64,000 bases of DNA from Lepidodermella squamata (GCA_047495785.1 JBLDXI010000074.1:1564652-1628651), one strand, 5' to 3'; counted from the stretch's first letter, positions 13,858 to 26,166 are shown. Notes: a model not told the origin generated them from the sequence alone. Made by a program: numbers and translations.

Positions 13858-16044
13858 CTACAATTCTTCGCAGGCGAGTTCGCGCTCGTGCACCTGCGGC
13901 TGCTCGCTTTCGTTGTTGTTGTCGATGCCGAGTGGTGGCGAAGCAGCAGTTGCAGACGAAGAAGGGAGACCACCAGAAGTTGAAGGTGCGGCGGCTGCTG
14001 GGTTGTCGAAGACGCCGAGTGCAGGCACGCCCGACGCTGACGAAGACGAGATCACGTGATGCTGCCGGCTCGAAACAGCAGCAGCAGCGGAGGACGAGGC
14101 GGAGGCGGCGGCTAAGCTGTTGGCGAGGAGGACAGCGATGCCGGCAGGAGAAGCTGCTGCTGCCGATGGAGGAGACGCCGAAGAACCACCAGCGTACGTT
14201 GTCGTCGTCGTCAACCGCTTGTCTTTTTGCTGCAATAATCAATCAAAAGTCAGAAGTAAGGGAAAGCAGTAAAGCAAAGCAAAGCAAGGACTCACGCGTC
14301 TGTTGCAGAACCACACGCGGATGACTTCGCGCTCCATGGCGAGGTCGTTGGCGAGGCAGGCGATGTCGTCGCCGCTGGGCTTGGGCTGCCGCCGGAAGTA
14401 GTCCTCGAGCGCGTGCTTCGTCAGCTGGTCGATCGACGTGCGCTTCTTGCGCTTCCGCAGCGCCCACGTGTCCGCCAGCGAGAACCCACTAGCACCACCG
14501 TTTGTACTGCCAATCACCGTGTTGTTGTTGTTGTTGTTGTTCGCCGAGGAGGAGGACGAGCAGGCGAGAAGACCGCCGCCACCCGTGTTGTTCATCATGT
14601 GCAGCATGTCGGTGCCACTCGTACCAGTGGTGGTGGTGGTTGCAATGGCACGGGTGAGCACGGCATCGCCAGCCGCCACCTCGGCATCCTCCATCCCATC
14701 GTCGTCGTCATCGTCGTCATCTAAATCTTCTTCCTGTTCGTCGTCCTCGTTGTGATCGTCGTCGGAAGGCGGCGACAACAGCACCTGTGCAGTCGTGGCA
14801 CCCGCAGTCTTCGACAGGTCGTGCACCCGCGAGCACAAGTCCTCAGTCACCGTCGTCGCCGTCGACGCAGCAGCAGCATTCGGTGATGATGCCGACGCAT
14901 CGTTGTTGTCTACGCCGTGGTCGTCGTCGTCTTCATCGTTCGTCGGCGAGGACATGGCCGAGTGGCGGCGGCGCCGGCGAGTGCCCGTGCCGCCGACAGC
15001 CAGCAACGGCAGTCGCTGCTGCTGCACCGTCGACGAAGAGGCTGCTGCGCTCGTCGAATGCGACGGTACACCTGCTGCTGCTGCTGCTGCGGCTGGTGGT
15101 GGTTGTTGTTGTACGATGACATTGCTAGGCGACAGTAGACTCAGCGGCAGTTGTTGCTGAAGATGGCTGGCAGTGGCAATGGCGGCGGTCGAAGTCGAAG
15201 TCTGTGGCGGCGACTTGCCATTGCCATTGCTGCCGTTGGTGGCTGTCCACTGCAGGGCCTCGTGCAGCCACCGCTCGAGCATCGGCTTCAACTTGCACAT
15301 GTTCTTGTAGGACAGATTAAGCGCCTCGAACCGCGAAATGGTCGTCTGCGAAAAGTCGTTGCCGTACATCTTGCCCATGGCGGCGCCGACGTCGCCCTGC
15401 GTGCAGCCCAGCTCGATGCGCCGCCGCTTGAACTCGCGCGTGAACCGCTCCAGCTCGTCCAGCGCCACGTCCTCGTCGACGGCCGGCAGCGGCAACGCAC
15501 CACCGCCTCCGCTACTCGTTGTTGTTGTCAGTGATGGCACAACAGTAGAAGCAGTAGGCTTGTCTGCTTGGGCTTTACTCGCAGCAAATGCTGACGATGT
15601 GACTGGTTTGTGGTGGTTCTGGCGAGATACACTCAACTGTTGCTGTTTCGAAGCCGACTCGTGCTCACTACTACTGACATCTAGCTGTTGCTGTTGCTGC
15701 TGCTGTTGTAGCTTGATGAGTCCGCTCGAACCGGCGGCGGCCGACTGCAGCAGCAGTTGCTGCAACTGCGCCGTCGTCAGCAACACGACCGGCTGCGAGA
15801 AGTTGATCAACTGCTGCGATGGCGACATCGAACTGCCGCCGCCGCCGCCACCGCTCGTCGCCATCGTCAACACCACCGGCATGCTCGTCGCAGCAGACGG
15901 CGATTCACCAGCCGCTGCCTGCATGGCCGGCTTGAGCACGTGCTGCCCGCCCGTCACCTGCGCCATCAACGCCTGAATCTGCTCGACCACCGACGACGGC
16001 AACTGAGCCTGCTGAGCCTGCGCCTGCGACTGCTCCATCATCAT
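13858..16044 (-). CDS. POU2F: POU class II transcription factor (Oct-1/POU2F, nubbin/pdm, ceh-18-like); exons 16044-14296 and 14229-13858
   Basis: POU-specific domain [64 protein letters not shown] ([18 protein letters not shown] is class II-typical). Homeodomain [10 protein letters not shown]...[11 protein letters not shown]|QKDKR is completed by a 66-nt intron (14295-14230). Further 5' exons cannot be excluded. Confidence 0.92.
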
Positions 16045-16306
16045 GATTACAATCCAAGCTAGCTCGAACTCTCTCTCTCTCTCACACAGACTCACACACA
16101 AGTTAATACATCATCTATGAAAAGAAAAAAACAAAACATATTAGGGAGGGAAATTACTGAACAAAGTGCCGAACACGAGGCATTTACATTCTGCCTGTTT
16201 GTCGTATATTGCAATATTCTGTTAGCTGCCGCTGCTGCTGCTGCTAATGACAAAAATGGCATCATGCAGCTCTACGAACGACGTATGCATTATGCACAAG
16301 CAAGTA

Positions 16307-16840
16307 ATTTGCATGATGTGATCTGCGACTCGACTCTGCATCGACCGACCGACCGACCGACCGCATGTCTGCGAAGACTAGCGAGCGAGCGAACGAGTGA
16401 ATTTGCAAATGCACATACATACATACATGCTTGCATACTTGCATACATAAACATCATCAGAAGAGTAGGCTCTCATTTGCATATTACAATCACATGCGCA
16501 CATCCATGAACACAGCCAGCTCGTTTTATTCTGAACTCGCTCGCTTATTATCACCGCCTGCGAATACTTACTACCTACTAATACTACTCCTACTAATCAA
16601 TTCAGCACGCTCGCCACATTTGCATCTCATTATCCTTCTCATGTATGCATGTGCGCAGCTCATCAGCTCATTACTAAGCAAGCACCGCACGCACGTTCGC
16701 AATATGCAAATTTCATCAATACATGAAAATTTCGAAAGCGCCTACGTATCCAAAAAACTCCTGGCTCTGCGTTATCACACGATAAATTACTATGCAGTCC
16801 ACGAATATACCCAAAATCATAATAATAATAATATGCAAAT
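16307..16840. promoter_or_regulatory. Cluster of five perfect octamer (ATGCAAAT/ATTTGCAT) motifs upstream of the POU2 gene
   Basis: ATTTGCAT at 16307, 16475 and 16618; ATGCAAAT at 16704 and 16833; additional ATGCAT/TTGCAT half sites. Confidence 0.7.
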
Positions 16841-17084
16841 GGACCGCGCACATACAAACCACGCATACAGATATACCATAAAACCTGACTCTTTCTCTCT
16901 TTCGTTAGTGAAAGTCAGCGGATAGTAGTGAAAAATTCGCGAAAACTGACTTGAAAGTGAGATGCAACGAAATCAAGGACCTGGACCACGAAATTTATCA
17001 GATCTTGCAATTTTCTTTCTTTCTTTCCTTCACACGCCATTTGAAGAACACATTGACTCCGATTCAACAGCTGAAAATATTCTA

Positions 17085-17498
17085 CCGTCAACTGGGGTGA
17101 CTTTAGCTGGTGGGGCGACTTTGACATGCTAAAAAGGGGCGACGTTAGCATAGCAAATCTCGAAGATAGCCTGCCTCATACCCCCTGTGTGGGGTACCGT
17201 CATTGATAGCCGGCATAAAGGGCAGCCCGAATATGACAGAGTTGACTCATTTCGATCCTACCTGCTTAACTGCGGAGTCATCGAAATTTTGTTATAAACC
17301 GAATTTTCTCTGTCTTGAATCATCAGGTAAGGCAACCGATTGACGTCTAGTATAGAATGCATGCCTTTTCTAGGGCTATCTAACGGTACCCCACTCAAGG
17401 GGTATAAGCCAGGCTACCTTCGAAATTCGCTATGCTAAAGTCGCCCCATTTTGACATGCCAAAATCGCCCCACCAGCCAAAGTCACGCCAGTTGACGG
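17085..17498. mobile_element. Non-autonomous Tc1/mariner-pogo-like MITE with long (about 125 bp) imperfect TIRs
   Basis: TA|CCGTCAACTGGGGTGACTTT... at 17083 and ...AAAGTCACGCCAGTTGACGG|TA at 17500. The arms continue as inverted repeats to about 17210/17374. TA TSD. Confidence 0.85.
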
Positions 17499-18552
17499 TA
17501 CCTGCCTTCTTTGATCTTTGAAAATGATGGAGGGAATTCGGATTCAGCTGTCTTCAGATCGTGATCACTGTTTGATACAGCCTCTACAGAAATGGACGAA
17601 CGCTCTTTCAATCTTTCCTCTTCTGCGGATGCGAATACTACTCCCTATGAACACTGACGCTATTTTCTGAGAAAAATGAGAAATTTCGTACCAAAGGACT
17701 AGCTTATAAACACTTCAAAACACGATGAGGAATAAAAAATAAAAAATCTATATCAGACGTGCCAAGCGATTTCGGCCATATCTCAATCCTCCATCTTCAC
17801 AAGCATGTTAAAAGGCAATGCACAGTGGCGGAGATGTCAAATCTGTGGAGGGGGTGCCAAGGGTTCAGGGGCGACACTCAAGAAGTATATTTAGGGGCGC
17901 CACTTACCGAGTTTAGCAGTCTCTGTTTTTACTGCATTGTATATGAAAGGCACCCAGGAGACCCAAAAAATGGAAAAGTTGTCTTATACACTGAAAAACG
18001 TTGGAAATAACACATTATTGCATTACAATTTGTTATGGCTAAGCAACACAGTTATATTCAGCATGAAATCTATAAATTGGAACATTTTGGCCACTGAAAA
18101 TTGATGAATTTTGGGGGCGAAAACCAAAAAAACTAAAGGGGAGACCCTTTTATGCTGCTTCTATCTTTATTTCTTTCCTCTTTCCTCTTTCGTGGAGGCG
18201 GTCTGGGTTAGCGCGCAAACCCCCCGTTTAAATTAGAATTATGAATTAAATTATATTGCATAATTTTTATTTTGCTCACGCGCGTCAAATAATATAATAA
18301 TATATGTTACGAATTTTCGCCCCATTTGGCGCGGCCTTTTGAATGAAGCTGAGTGAGTGGAAAAGCCACCTGGGCACTAATGCCTGGGCCCTGGAGAAAC
18401 AGTCAGCAATAACTGGAGTACCAGGGGTAGGGATTTCAATTATGTAGTTATTAAACCAGTTCAAACTTTCCTAGAGCGTAAGCTCGCGATTTTCTCACAA
18501 GCTCCGCCTTATGGTGAAAGCTTGAGTCCGTCAGGGCGAGGAGAAATCGTAA

Positions 18553-18576
18553 ATCCTGATCCTGATCCTGATCCTG
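18553..18576 (+). repeat. (ATCCTG)4 microsatellite, possibly the tail of a retroposon
   Basis: Four perfect hexamer copies. The tail interpretation is inference. Confidence 0.6.
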
Positions 18577-18741
18577 ATGGCCCTGCAACCGCGCCGCCGC
18601 AGCATCCTGAGGTGGGTGTTATTAGCGCGCGTATGTAAATTCAGCCCACACCAGGAATTGCTGACCTGCAACATGTACTTATCGGTGTAGTGCGCTATCT
18701 TTGGTGATTATTTATCAAGTACCAGCTGCATTATATATTCA

Positions 18742-18800
18742 TCTAGTATATTAGCCCTCAAACGGACATGCTCGCTCCGCTCGCATGTCCTGCGAGGGCG
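18742..18800 (-). mobile_element. Helitron-like 3' terminus (GC-rich hairpin followed by CTAG)
   Basis: Nested palindrome GCCCTC..GGACATGC-TCGCTCCGCTC-GCATGTCC..GAGGGC, followed 7 nt later by CTAG on the minus strand. A related GCTCGCTTCGCTCGC motif lies at about 18898. Confidence 0.45.
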
Positions 18801-19017
18801 AAGTCTCAGACATACACCGTTCAAGTACTGACTTAGCTAACATCAAATTTTGGTTCATACATACATACTAGGTACATATATAATACATACCGTAAATGCT
18901 CGCTTCGCTCGCTTGTCCTGCTTTGCTTGTGTTATACTTAGTTGTATAATGTATAATTGCCCCTTGCACTTCGCTATTTAAGTTTCAAGCTCAGCTTAAA
19001 GTCGCCTCCTCAAGTTC

Positions 19018-19199
19018 CGTTGGTAGAAGTGCGCCCTCAGAGGGCCTCGCTCTCAGATGGCTGAGAGGGCACCCCACCCCCCAACCTAACCCTAACTCTA
19101 AACCCTGACCCTAAAACTAACCCTAAACCTAACCTGAACCTTAATCTTGACCGTCTGATCCATCTGAGCGATCCATCTGAGAGCGCACTTCTACCAACG
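19018..19199. mobile_element. MITE-like element with 24-bp TIRs enclosing degenerate (CCCTAA)n telomere-like repeats
   Basis: CGTTGGTAGAAGTGCGCCCTCAGA vs TCTGAGAGCGCACTTCTACCAACG (1 mismatch). Internal cctaaccctaactctaaaccctgaccctaaaactaaccctaaacctaacc at about 19082-19145. No clear TSD. Confidence 0.75.
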
Positions 19200-19512
19200 A
19201 TATTGGAAACGGCTTAAAATTAGCTCAGCGTATTTACACCTTAGCCTAGCGTACAAACTCAACTTGTTATAGCTGAAGCCAGCTACCTTATCAATCTCAT
19301 CTTACTATCGACCAGGATAAGCTGAGCTGAGAAATTGAGCGTAGTAGAATATTGAGTACCGGAATACTGTATACGCGATAATTTTCGTGAGTAGATTATT
19401 TTCGCGAAGGCCTTAAGATGAGCGGTAGACACTATTTGCGAGTGGAAATTTTCGCGATCAAGCCTTCTGTGAACGGAAAATCGGGATATTCGGAAAATCA
19501 TTCAAGAGATGT

Positions 19513-19715
19513 CGTTAGCGACGCGCCAAAACAACCACTTAACTATTTATAGCTTTTTTTTTTATGGAAAGTACGTTCGACTCTTGAACGTAAATTCAAA
19601 TTACGATGAGTACGATCAGTGCTCAAAAAGCCGAACGTACTCCTTCTTTACGTTCGGCTCGTCAAAGTACTATCGAATGAGTCATCGAAGTGGTTGTTTT
19701 GGCGCATCGCTAACG
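19513..19715. mobile_element. MITE with 28-bp TIRs and 4-bp TSD (ATGT)
   Basis: atgt|CGTTAGCGACGCGCCAAAACAACCACTT ... AAGTGGTTGTTTTGGCGCATCGCTAACG|atgt. Confidence 0.8.
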
Positions 19716-20099
19716 ATGTACTTATTTGCTGATGTTGAACACGCTGAGCTGGTTTGTCTTTGTCTATCGTCTTCAGTTCAGCTAGTCAGCTGAGCTTATT
19801 AATGACACTATGAAGTTAAGCTGACAAGCTGAGCTGAGCAGGTTATCTAATCAGTTGAGCTTAGCTGAGCTTGTTCATGGTTTAGCTGAGCTGACTTCAG
19901 ATGAGCTTATTATTTAAATAACGAAGTGCAAGACTGAGGTTTCTTAATTTGTGTTACTGATTATCTCACATGCCTACCGCCCGTCCATCGGCGGTAGGTG
20001 AAGTATCTTTACGCCAACAGCGGGGGCGTCGACCGACTTTCGACTCATCGTCCGCACCTTCAACGTTCGCGGCTGCGCATCAGCTTTCAAGAAGGCATG

Positions 20100-20613
20100 T
20101 ATCCTCAGAGACGCTTCAAGATCGTCTTGATGCCCATCATCGGAAGCAGCTGAGACTAATGGGCATTCGCTACCCCGAAGTCATCAGCAATGAATGCTTG
20201 TACGCGAAGACCAACACGAAGAAGCTGTCAACAGTTATCCGAATGATGAGGTGGAGGTATTTTGGTCATGCGCTACGCAAGCCTTGGCATGCCCCCGTGC
20301 AACGAGCAATGAGTAAATATGTAAAGCCAGGTCTGAAGAAACACCTCGGCAGAGCGCGCGTCACGCTGCCGAAAATGCTGGCAAAAGAACTGAAGAAAAT
20401 GAAGGAACTGTCTGACGGCTGGAACAACGATCACACATATAGCAGATGCCTATCGAATTGCCTATCGAAATCAATAGCGAGAACGACGTTACACGTTTGA
20501 AGGAAGCTGCAGCAGATCGCGTGCATTGGAGGGCGGTGGTGGAACTCGCGGCCTCTTCTGCCATGCAGTGAAATGTTGAATAACATGAACACTAATAATA
20601 CTACTACTACTAG
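20100..20613 (+). mobile_element. 5'-truncated RTE/RTE-X-like LINE 3' end with microsatellite tail
   Basis: LDAHHRKQLRLMGIRYPEVISNECLY...RMMRWRYFGHALRK...GRARVTL are typical post-RT motifs. The element ends in a (TAA/TAC)n tail at about 20590-20612. Confidence 0.75.
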
Positions 20614-22823
20614 TGCAAGACGGCAGAGTGCGGGCAAAGGACGGAAGAGAGGATCAGCCTAGAAGACCGATCCTGGTCAAACTAAAATCATCAGCTTGCA
20701 CTAATAAAATCGACAAAACTACCAAAAATGCTCAAGACTATGATTTTTCATCCGCCACTCGTTTCTTTCCTGCGCTAAAAAATAATCTCACAAGTCCCAT
20801 ATGTTTCTTAACACAACGAACACAAACGATTTTTCGGTAGTTACGCTCGAAAATGCTATTGTGCTGCATTGGTGAAAATTACATGTTATTTTTACCAATA
20901 ATACGAGCGAAGCGAGGAAATTTAGAGGATTTTTCACTAGAAAAAGCTCCGAAACCTCCTAAAAATGCCGGGGGAACCCCGTACTGTCGCCGTTCGTGTA
21001 GTGGAAATCTTTGTTTCTTTGTTTGTTGGTTTGTATGCACCCATGTGCAATGTTAATGGATTCCCCCGGCGCTACTGTAGCAGCTACGCAGCTGCTGTTG
21101 CCAATGAGGTTACAGGAGTCTTTTCCAGGCGTTACTTCGATTTTGGTTGTTACATTTGGTCCGATTGGTTGTTACATTGTAACATTTGTAACATGCTTAA
21201 AAAACACTGCCTTAGTTCTAGGCCGTTCTCAAACCTCCGCGTGTTATGCGTGATTGTTTTTGTGAATTTATTTTGTAGCCATGTTCTAGATTTCATTAGC
21301 TATCTTACGTCAATTATCATGTTTCAAAGGATAGCGTCGTGAAACATCGTGTTACTACCGTCAGACAGTTTTAACAAGTATATGCAAGATGGAGAGGCAG
21401 CTTCGAAGTCCAGAATCTGAAGGTTCAGCCATCACGCGTATCAACTTGGGTAAGTCCTCTCCTATTAAGATGTGTCGATTTTTATGTACAAATCGCAAGA
21501 AATGAGGTCTCATCATAACAAATCTGCGATGGTTAAATGCTAGTATTCTCTGAAAGTCATGTTTCATTAGTAATTTCAACTCGCAAGCTGACAAACGAAT
21601 TTAATTGCAGTTTAATTATTTTTAGTCCTTGAAGTTGGCAGCCTCAACACCTTGTGACGACGTCCCTCGAAAGCAGGTGAACCAGTTCCTTCGAAAAACG
21701 TAATATCGCCGTCTGGTCAACGATTGGGTTCATGATGAAGTCTTCAGCGCGTGAATTACAATCTCACGCCCCTAGCTGGCATTTTTCACTCGATTTTTTC
21801 ACAGCATTGCTAGTTTTCTCGAGAAATGAATTTTAATTCGAACTATTCATTGAATTGATGACTATTTGATGTGCGCCTTTGATTGCGTTTGCGCCACTTC
21901 AATATTTTTCTCACGATAATTATTTTATTTATTCATTACGACAATAAAGCATGAGTCGGAACGGTTCTTCTCCTGTTTTGCTTAGCTGTCTTGATAACTG
22001 CGAGACGAAGCACCGAGTATAGCCAAGTGGGAATACTACGTTATGAAAGGGATTAAAATGTTTAAACGACAAAAAAACGTCAAGACGCGCGAGTGTTTTG
22101 AAAGGGCTTCAAATGATTAAAAACAATGATTTTGCGCACGAGTTGCGTTTTTTATGGTGTCCGCGGGCTAATTATTTAAATTAAGACCAGATGACACACA
22201 TAACTTGGCTTATGCTTTTCAAAGCAATCGTTAAACTTTAAATTCAGAAATATTGAATTACGGATTTTTTGACAAGTTTGGATTCAAAATAATCGCCAGT
22301 TGACAGTTAAAATTGAGAATTTTCGGTAAATTTCAAAAAATTTCAAAAAATCAATGGGTCTATTTCACCGCCATGGAAAATAAATGTTTTCCATTGTGAT
22401 ATTCCATTTTTAATTCATTTTTATTTAATTTTCGAGCGTGTCGGACCCGAAAAAATGAAGCCAGGAGCGCCACTTGTGCCGGATGTCTGTTGTTTTCGGA
22501 CACGGAGATTAGCATTTTCGGTCAAAAAATATTTTTTCGGGCGTGTCGGACCGGACCCCCGACACAGTGGAATAAAATAAAATAAAATGAAAATTGTGGA
22601 CACAATGGTGAGAATTACGGACAACTGATGCATGCCACGTGGCGAAATGGACGTAAAAGGGACAGGAACGCAGACAAGAAAGTATAAATCCCCGGTTTTC
22701 GCCAAGAAAACTTTAGCTGGGAAAATTTCGTAATTGGCGTTTTGATGTCGCGGCTCAAGTTCAGCGTAAGGAGCTAATTGCTTGATTTATCAATTTCCTA
22801 CTCATCGGCTACTTTATTATCAG

Positions 22824-23428
22824 ATCGACTCGATTATTGGGGGTGATGATTCGCCGAGCGCATCAGACCGTGTCCAGGGCGGCGTTGTGCAGCGGGGCGC
22901 AATCAATCGTGACGTGGAACTCGACAACAATGACTATCTTCCTCCCCTTACTGATCCCGTACCTCCTTTCGCCAACCCGTTTCCTTCCATACCGGCCGCG
23001 GAAACAATGAAAAGGAAGCGTGGCCGTCCAAAAAAGGTGATGTTTAATTTGTCGCTTATATTTGTTAAATGAACTGTCTTTTTTTTTAAGGTAGTTGCTC
23101 CGCCATCAAGTGCTCCGTCATCAAAAGCTCCGCCATCTCGTGCAAATCCTCAGCCGGTTGCCGCGAAGAAAGCGAAACCGGCCAACGTACCGGCGCGAAT
23201 TTATTCTAGCGACGCGAAACTGTTCATTCTACTGTTTTTCCGCGATAATCTAGATTTGTTCCAAGGTGGAACCACGCAAAAGAGCACGCTATGGACGCGC
23301 TGTGCGGTTCTGATTCGACCACTGTTTGAAACTTTGAAAAATGTTAAAGGTTCCGAAATTTGTCAACGGTTTCGCACTCGAGTTCAGAAACTCCCAGCTA
23401 TACCGGAACGCCACTCAAAATTACAATG
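22824..23428 (+). pseudogene. Harbinger-associated DNA-binding protein remnant (AT-hook + Myb/SANT-like trihelix)
   Basis: KRKRGRPKK AT-hook, an intron at about 23037-23090, then YSSDAKLFILLFFRDNLDLF...STLWTRCA...EICQRF. Probable frameshift near 23375. Confidence 0.6.
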
Positions 23429-23561
23429 TAAGTTCGATTTATACCCTTTCACGTTTGAAGCAACGAAATGTTCATTACATTTGCGAAAAAATCACACAAA
23501 ATTGCAATTTACGAATTTTTCAGGTGAACGGTGAAACTACTAATTTTTTGCTTTCATTAAG

Positions 23562-24023
23562 GAATTTTTTGGAGGTAATTCATTCTTACTGGGAGACTCT
23601 GGCTATCAGCCCCGACGCTGGTGTGTCACTCCATTCCGCCAAACCGATAACATCACCCCCGAAGAACGGAATTTCAATTATCGTCACTCCGTCGCGAGAG
23701 TGATAATTGAACAGGCATTCGGGCTTCTCAAGCAAAAATGGCGGCGGCTCTATCACCTACAATTTCGCCTCAATATTCGGCCCAGTGTTCGTTTCACGAA
23801 AGCGATGTGTGTACTACATAATTTCGGCATCCGAGTGGAGGGTGACGCTTACAATAACTTGCCCGATGAAGACCCGTTGCCGGCTCAACTTCTCGAGGCA
23901 GATCTGCAACTACAAGATGATTTTCTCGCAAATCTCGCTAACCATGAAAACGATGACGGGAATGCGGCGAACCAGGCGGAGGGCGAAGAAAGGCGACAGG
24001 AAATTATGCTAATTTACCTTTAG
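23562..24023 (+). pseudogene. C-terminal half of a Harbinger (HARBI1-like, DDE_Tnp_4) transposase
   Basis: One frame reads FLLGDSGYQPRRWCVTPF...EERNFNYRHSVARVIIEQAFGLLKQKWRRL...MCVLHNF. The N-terminal part is not present inside the TIRs. Confidence 0.88.
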
Positions 24024-24572
24024 AATGGCTTCTAGATGCTTGATTTATGCAAACGACAAGAATTTGCTTAATTTTCGAAAATAAAATAATGTTTTTTTCT
24101 AATTTTACTCGCAAAATAATTTCGAACAGATGTCGCCTCTTTGGCACTATTTTCGTGAATAAAAACAGCTTGGCAACATTTTTACAAGTGTGTCGGACGC
24201 ATTTCATATTTTTTTGTTTTTTTTTATTATTTTTTTCATGGCGATGAAATAGACCCAATATTTCTCTCGATTTTCGCGGATCGTGCCAACGAAATAAAAA
24301 ATGCTTACCCACGACGTTTGGCTAAAATAAAATCGTATCGGCTTCCAGATTAATGAAATGCAATTTTAATTAACATTAACATGATTGGCGTACTTCTTGA
24401 GACACGAAAGGGAAAACTCAGCAATTGCGAAGAGAAAAACACGGATTTAAATCTGGTTGGTCACGTGCCACTAATCAAAAAAATAAATAAAATAAGTTAC
24501 AACTTTGCATTTGAGATAAAGATATTAGTAAAAAGTTATTGATCAAATTTGCTGACAATAAAATGCCAATTT

Positions 24573-25399
24573 CTTGCTGCATGTAATTTTCTTACGCCGC
24601 TGCTGCGCTGCGCTTGCAGCGTGGCGTAATGGGCAGGTCCCATTGTCTTGCGTTGTCTTGCGGAAAAAAGGAGTTTTATGTTTTATATAGTAAAGGTCTA
24701 GTAAGAGCCAGCGGCTAGAAAAGCCAGTGGCCAGCTTGAAACATCAGATCTCCCATTCAAAAGAGTCAAGAGTTCGAGTAGAGCAGCGGTCAGATGTTCG
24801 TGGCATTGAGTAAGTCACCCAGCCCTAGCTAGACGATCAAATCATGCAGTCAGCGAGATGATGCGTTTTCAATGTGTTCACTGCATGACACCAGCGGCGC
24901 GTTCGATCAGCTGTTCCCACAACTCAGTTTTACAAGCTCCCGCAAGATCTCTTGCTGCATGTAATTTGCTCACTAAATTGTCTTACGCTGCGCTTGCAGC
25001 GTGGCGTAATGGGCAGGTCCCTAGTTTGATAATTTTGATAACAGAAAACCGAGAAAAGTGAGACCAACAATCTCAAAGATCACCGGGGCGTATTCGATTG
25101 GAATCCTAGGTTCTCAATTTCGGGAAGATGTGAAACGTTAGAAGGGCTGTCGAGGTCACTCTTTTCGCCTGGCTCGTTTGGAGAGGAAGCGGCCAGCTTG
25201 AAACATTGGATGTCAAATTTCCCCAACAGTGAAGAGTTCGAGTCCAGCATCGGTCAAATGTTCCTGGAATTGAGAAAGTTACTTAGCAGCCAACCTAGCT
25301 AGAAGTTCAGAGCATGCAGTCAGCGTGACGATAAGCTTTTAATGTGATTCACTGACACCAGCGAGTATCGTCGCGGTCAATCCGCCGTCCCCACAACTC
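24573..25399 (+). repeat. Old diverged tandem duplication (two units of about 380-450 bp)
   Basis: gctgcgcttgcagcgtggcgtaatgggcaggtccc at about 24607 and 24987. ggccagcttgaaacat...aagagttcgagt...catgcagtcagcg...cccacaactc at about 24730-24925 and 25191-25399. Confidence 0.75.
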
Positions 25400-25519
25400 T
25401 AATGGGTATGTCCTGTGCGATACCATGGCTCAGGGGGACGTAAAATAAATCGCATGACATCTTTCAGGGTACCTTCCGAGATCAATGCTGAAGGCCAAAT
25501 TGGGTATTTGGCTGTTCGC

Positions 25520-26166
25520 AAATTCAAGTGCAATGTGTAACTTGGTGGAACCAACGAATCCACAAAATCACCCTTGTGAGCATCGCCACGAATCGGCATC
25601 GTGCCCAAACCAGCCGATTCGGGCATTTTCGCGCTTCATTGGTTAGTGGCAGCAAGCGCAAACGCGTTGGCAGGCTATTCGCGGCCATTGCAGCTGACCG
25701 GTATTCCGCTGCCAGCCAAAGAATGCTGGAATCGCTGTATCCACCCTTGTACGCATCGCCACGAATCGGCATCGTGCCCAAACCATCCGAATCGGGCATA
25801 TTCGCGCTTCATTCGGTAGCGGCAGCAAGCGCAAACGCGTTGGCAGGCTATTCGCGGCCATTGCAGCTGACCGGTATTCCGCTGCCAGCCAAAGAATGCT
25901 GGAATCGCTGTAAACACCCTTGTACGCATCGCCACGAATCGGCATCGTGCCCAAACCATCCGAATCGGGCATATTCGCGCTTCATTCGTTAGTGGCAGCA
26001 AGCGCAAACGCGTTGGCAGGCTATTCGCGGCCATTGCAGCTGACCGGTATTCCGCTGCCAGCCAAAGAATGCTGGAATCGCTGTATTCACCCTTGTACGC
26101 ATCGCCACGAATCGGCATCGTGCCCAAACCAGCCGAATCAGGCATATTCGCGCTTCATTCGGTAGC
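25520..26166 (+). repeat. Leader (48 bp) plus about 3.5 copies of the 173-bp satellite
   Basis: Leader 25520-25567, monomer sequence from 25568, truncated at GGTAGC (26166) by the retroelement. Confidence 0.95.

Larger units (their letters stand above)
22356..24256 (+). mobile_element. Internally deleted PIF/Harbinger DNA transposon
   Basis: TIRs GGGTCTATTTCACCGCCATG / CATGGCGATGAAATAGACCC with a 3-bp AAT TSD on both sides. Carries remnants of both Harbinger genes. Confidence 0.88.

Noticed and set aside
13760-16062. Multiple overlapping ORFs over the POU gene
   Set aside because: Shadows of trinucleotide-repeat-rich coding sequence.
19082-19145. True telomere or chromosome fusion site
   Set aside because: Short, degenerate and enclosed by MITE TIRs.
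17823-20759. Possible hAT-like termini CAGTGGCGGA ... TCCGCCACT
   Set aside because: Only about 9 bp match and no 8-bp TSD is evident.
21361-21594. 77-aa minus-strand ORF, possibly a transposase relic
   Set aside because: No diagnostic motif recognised.
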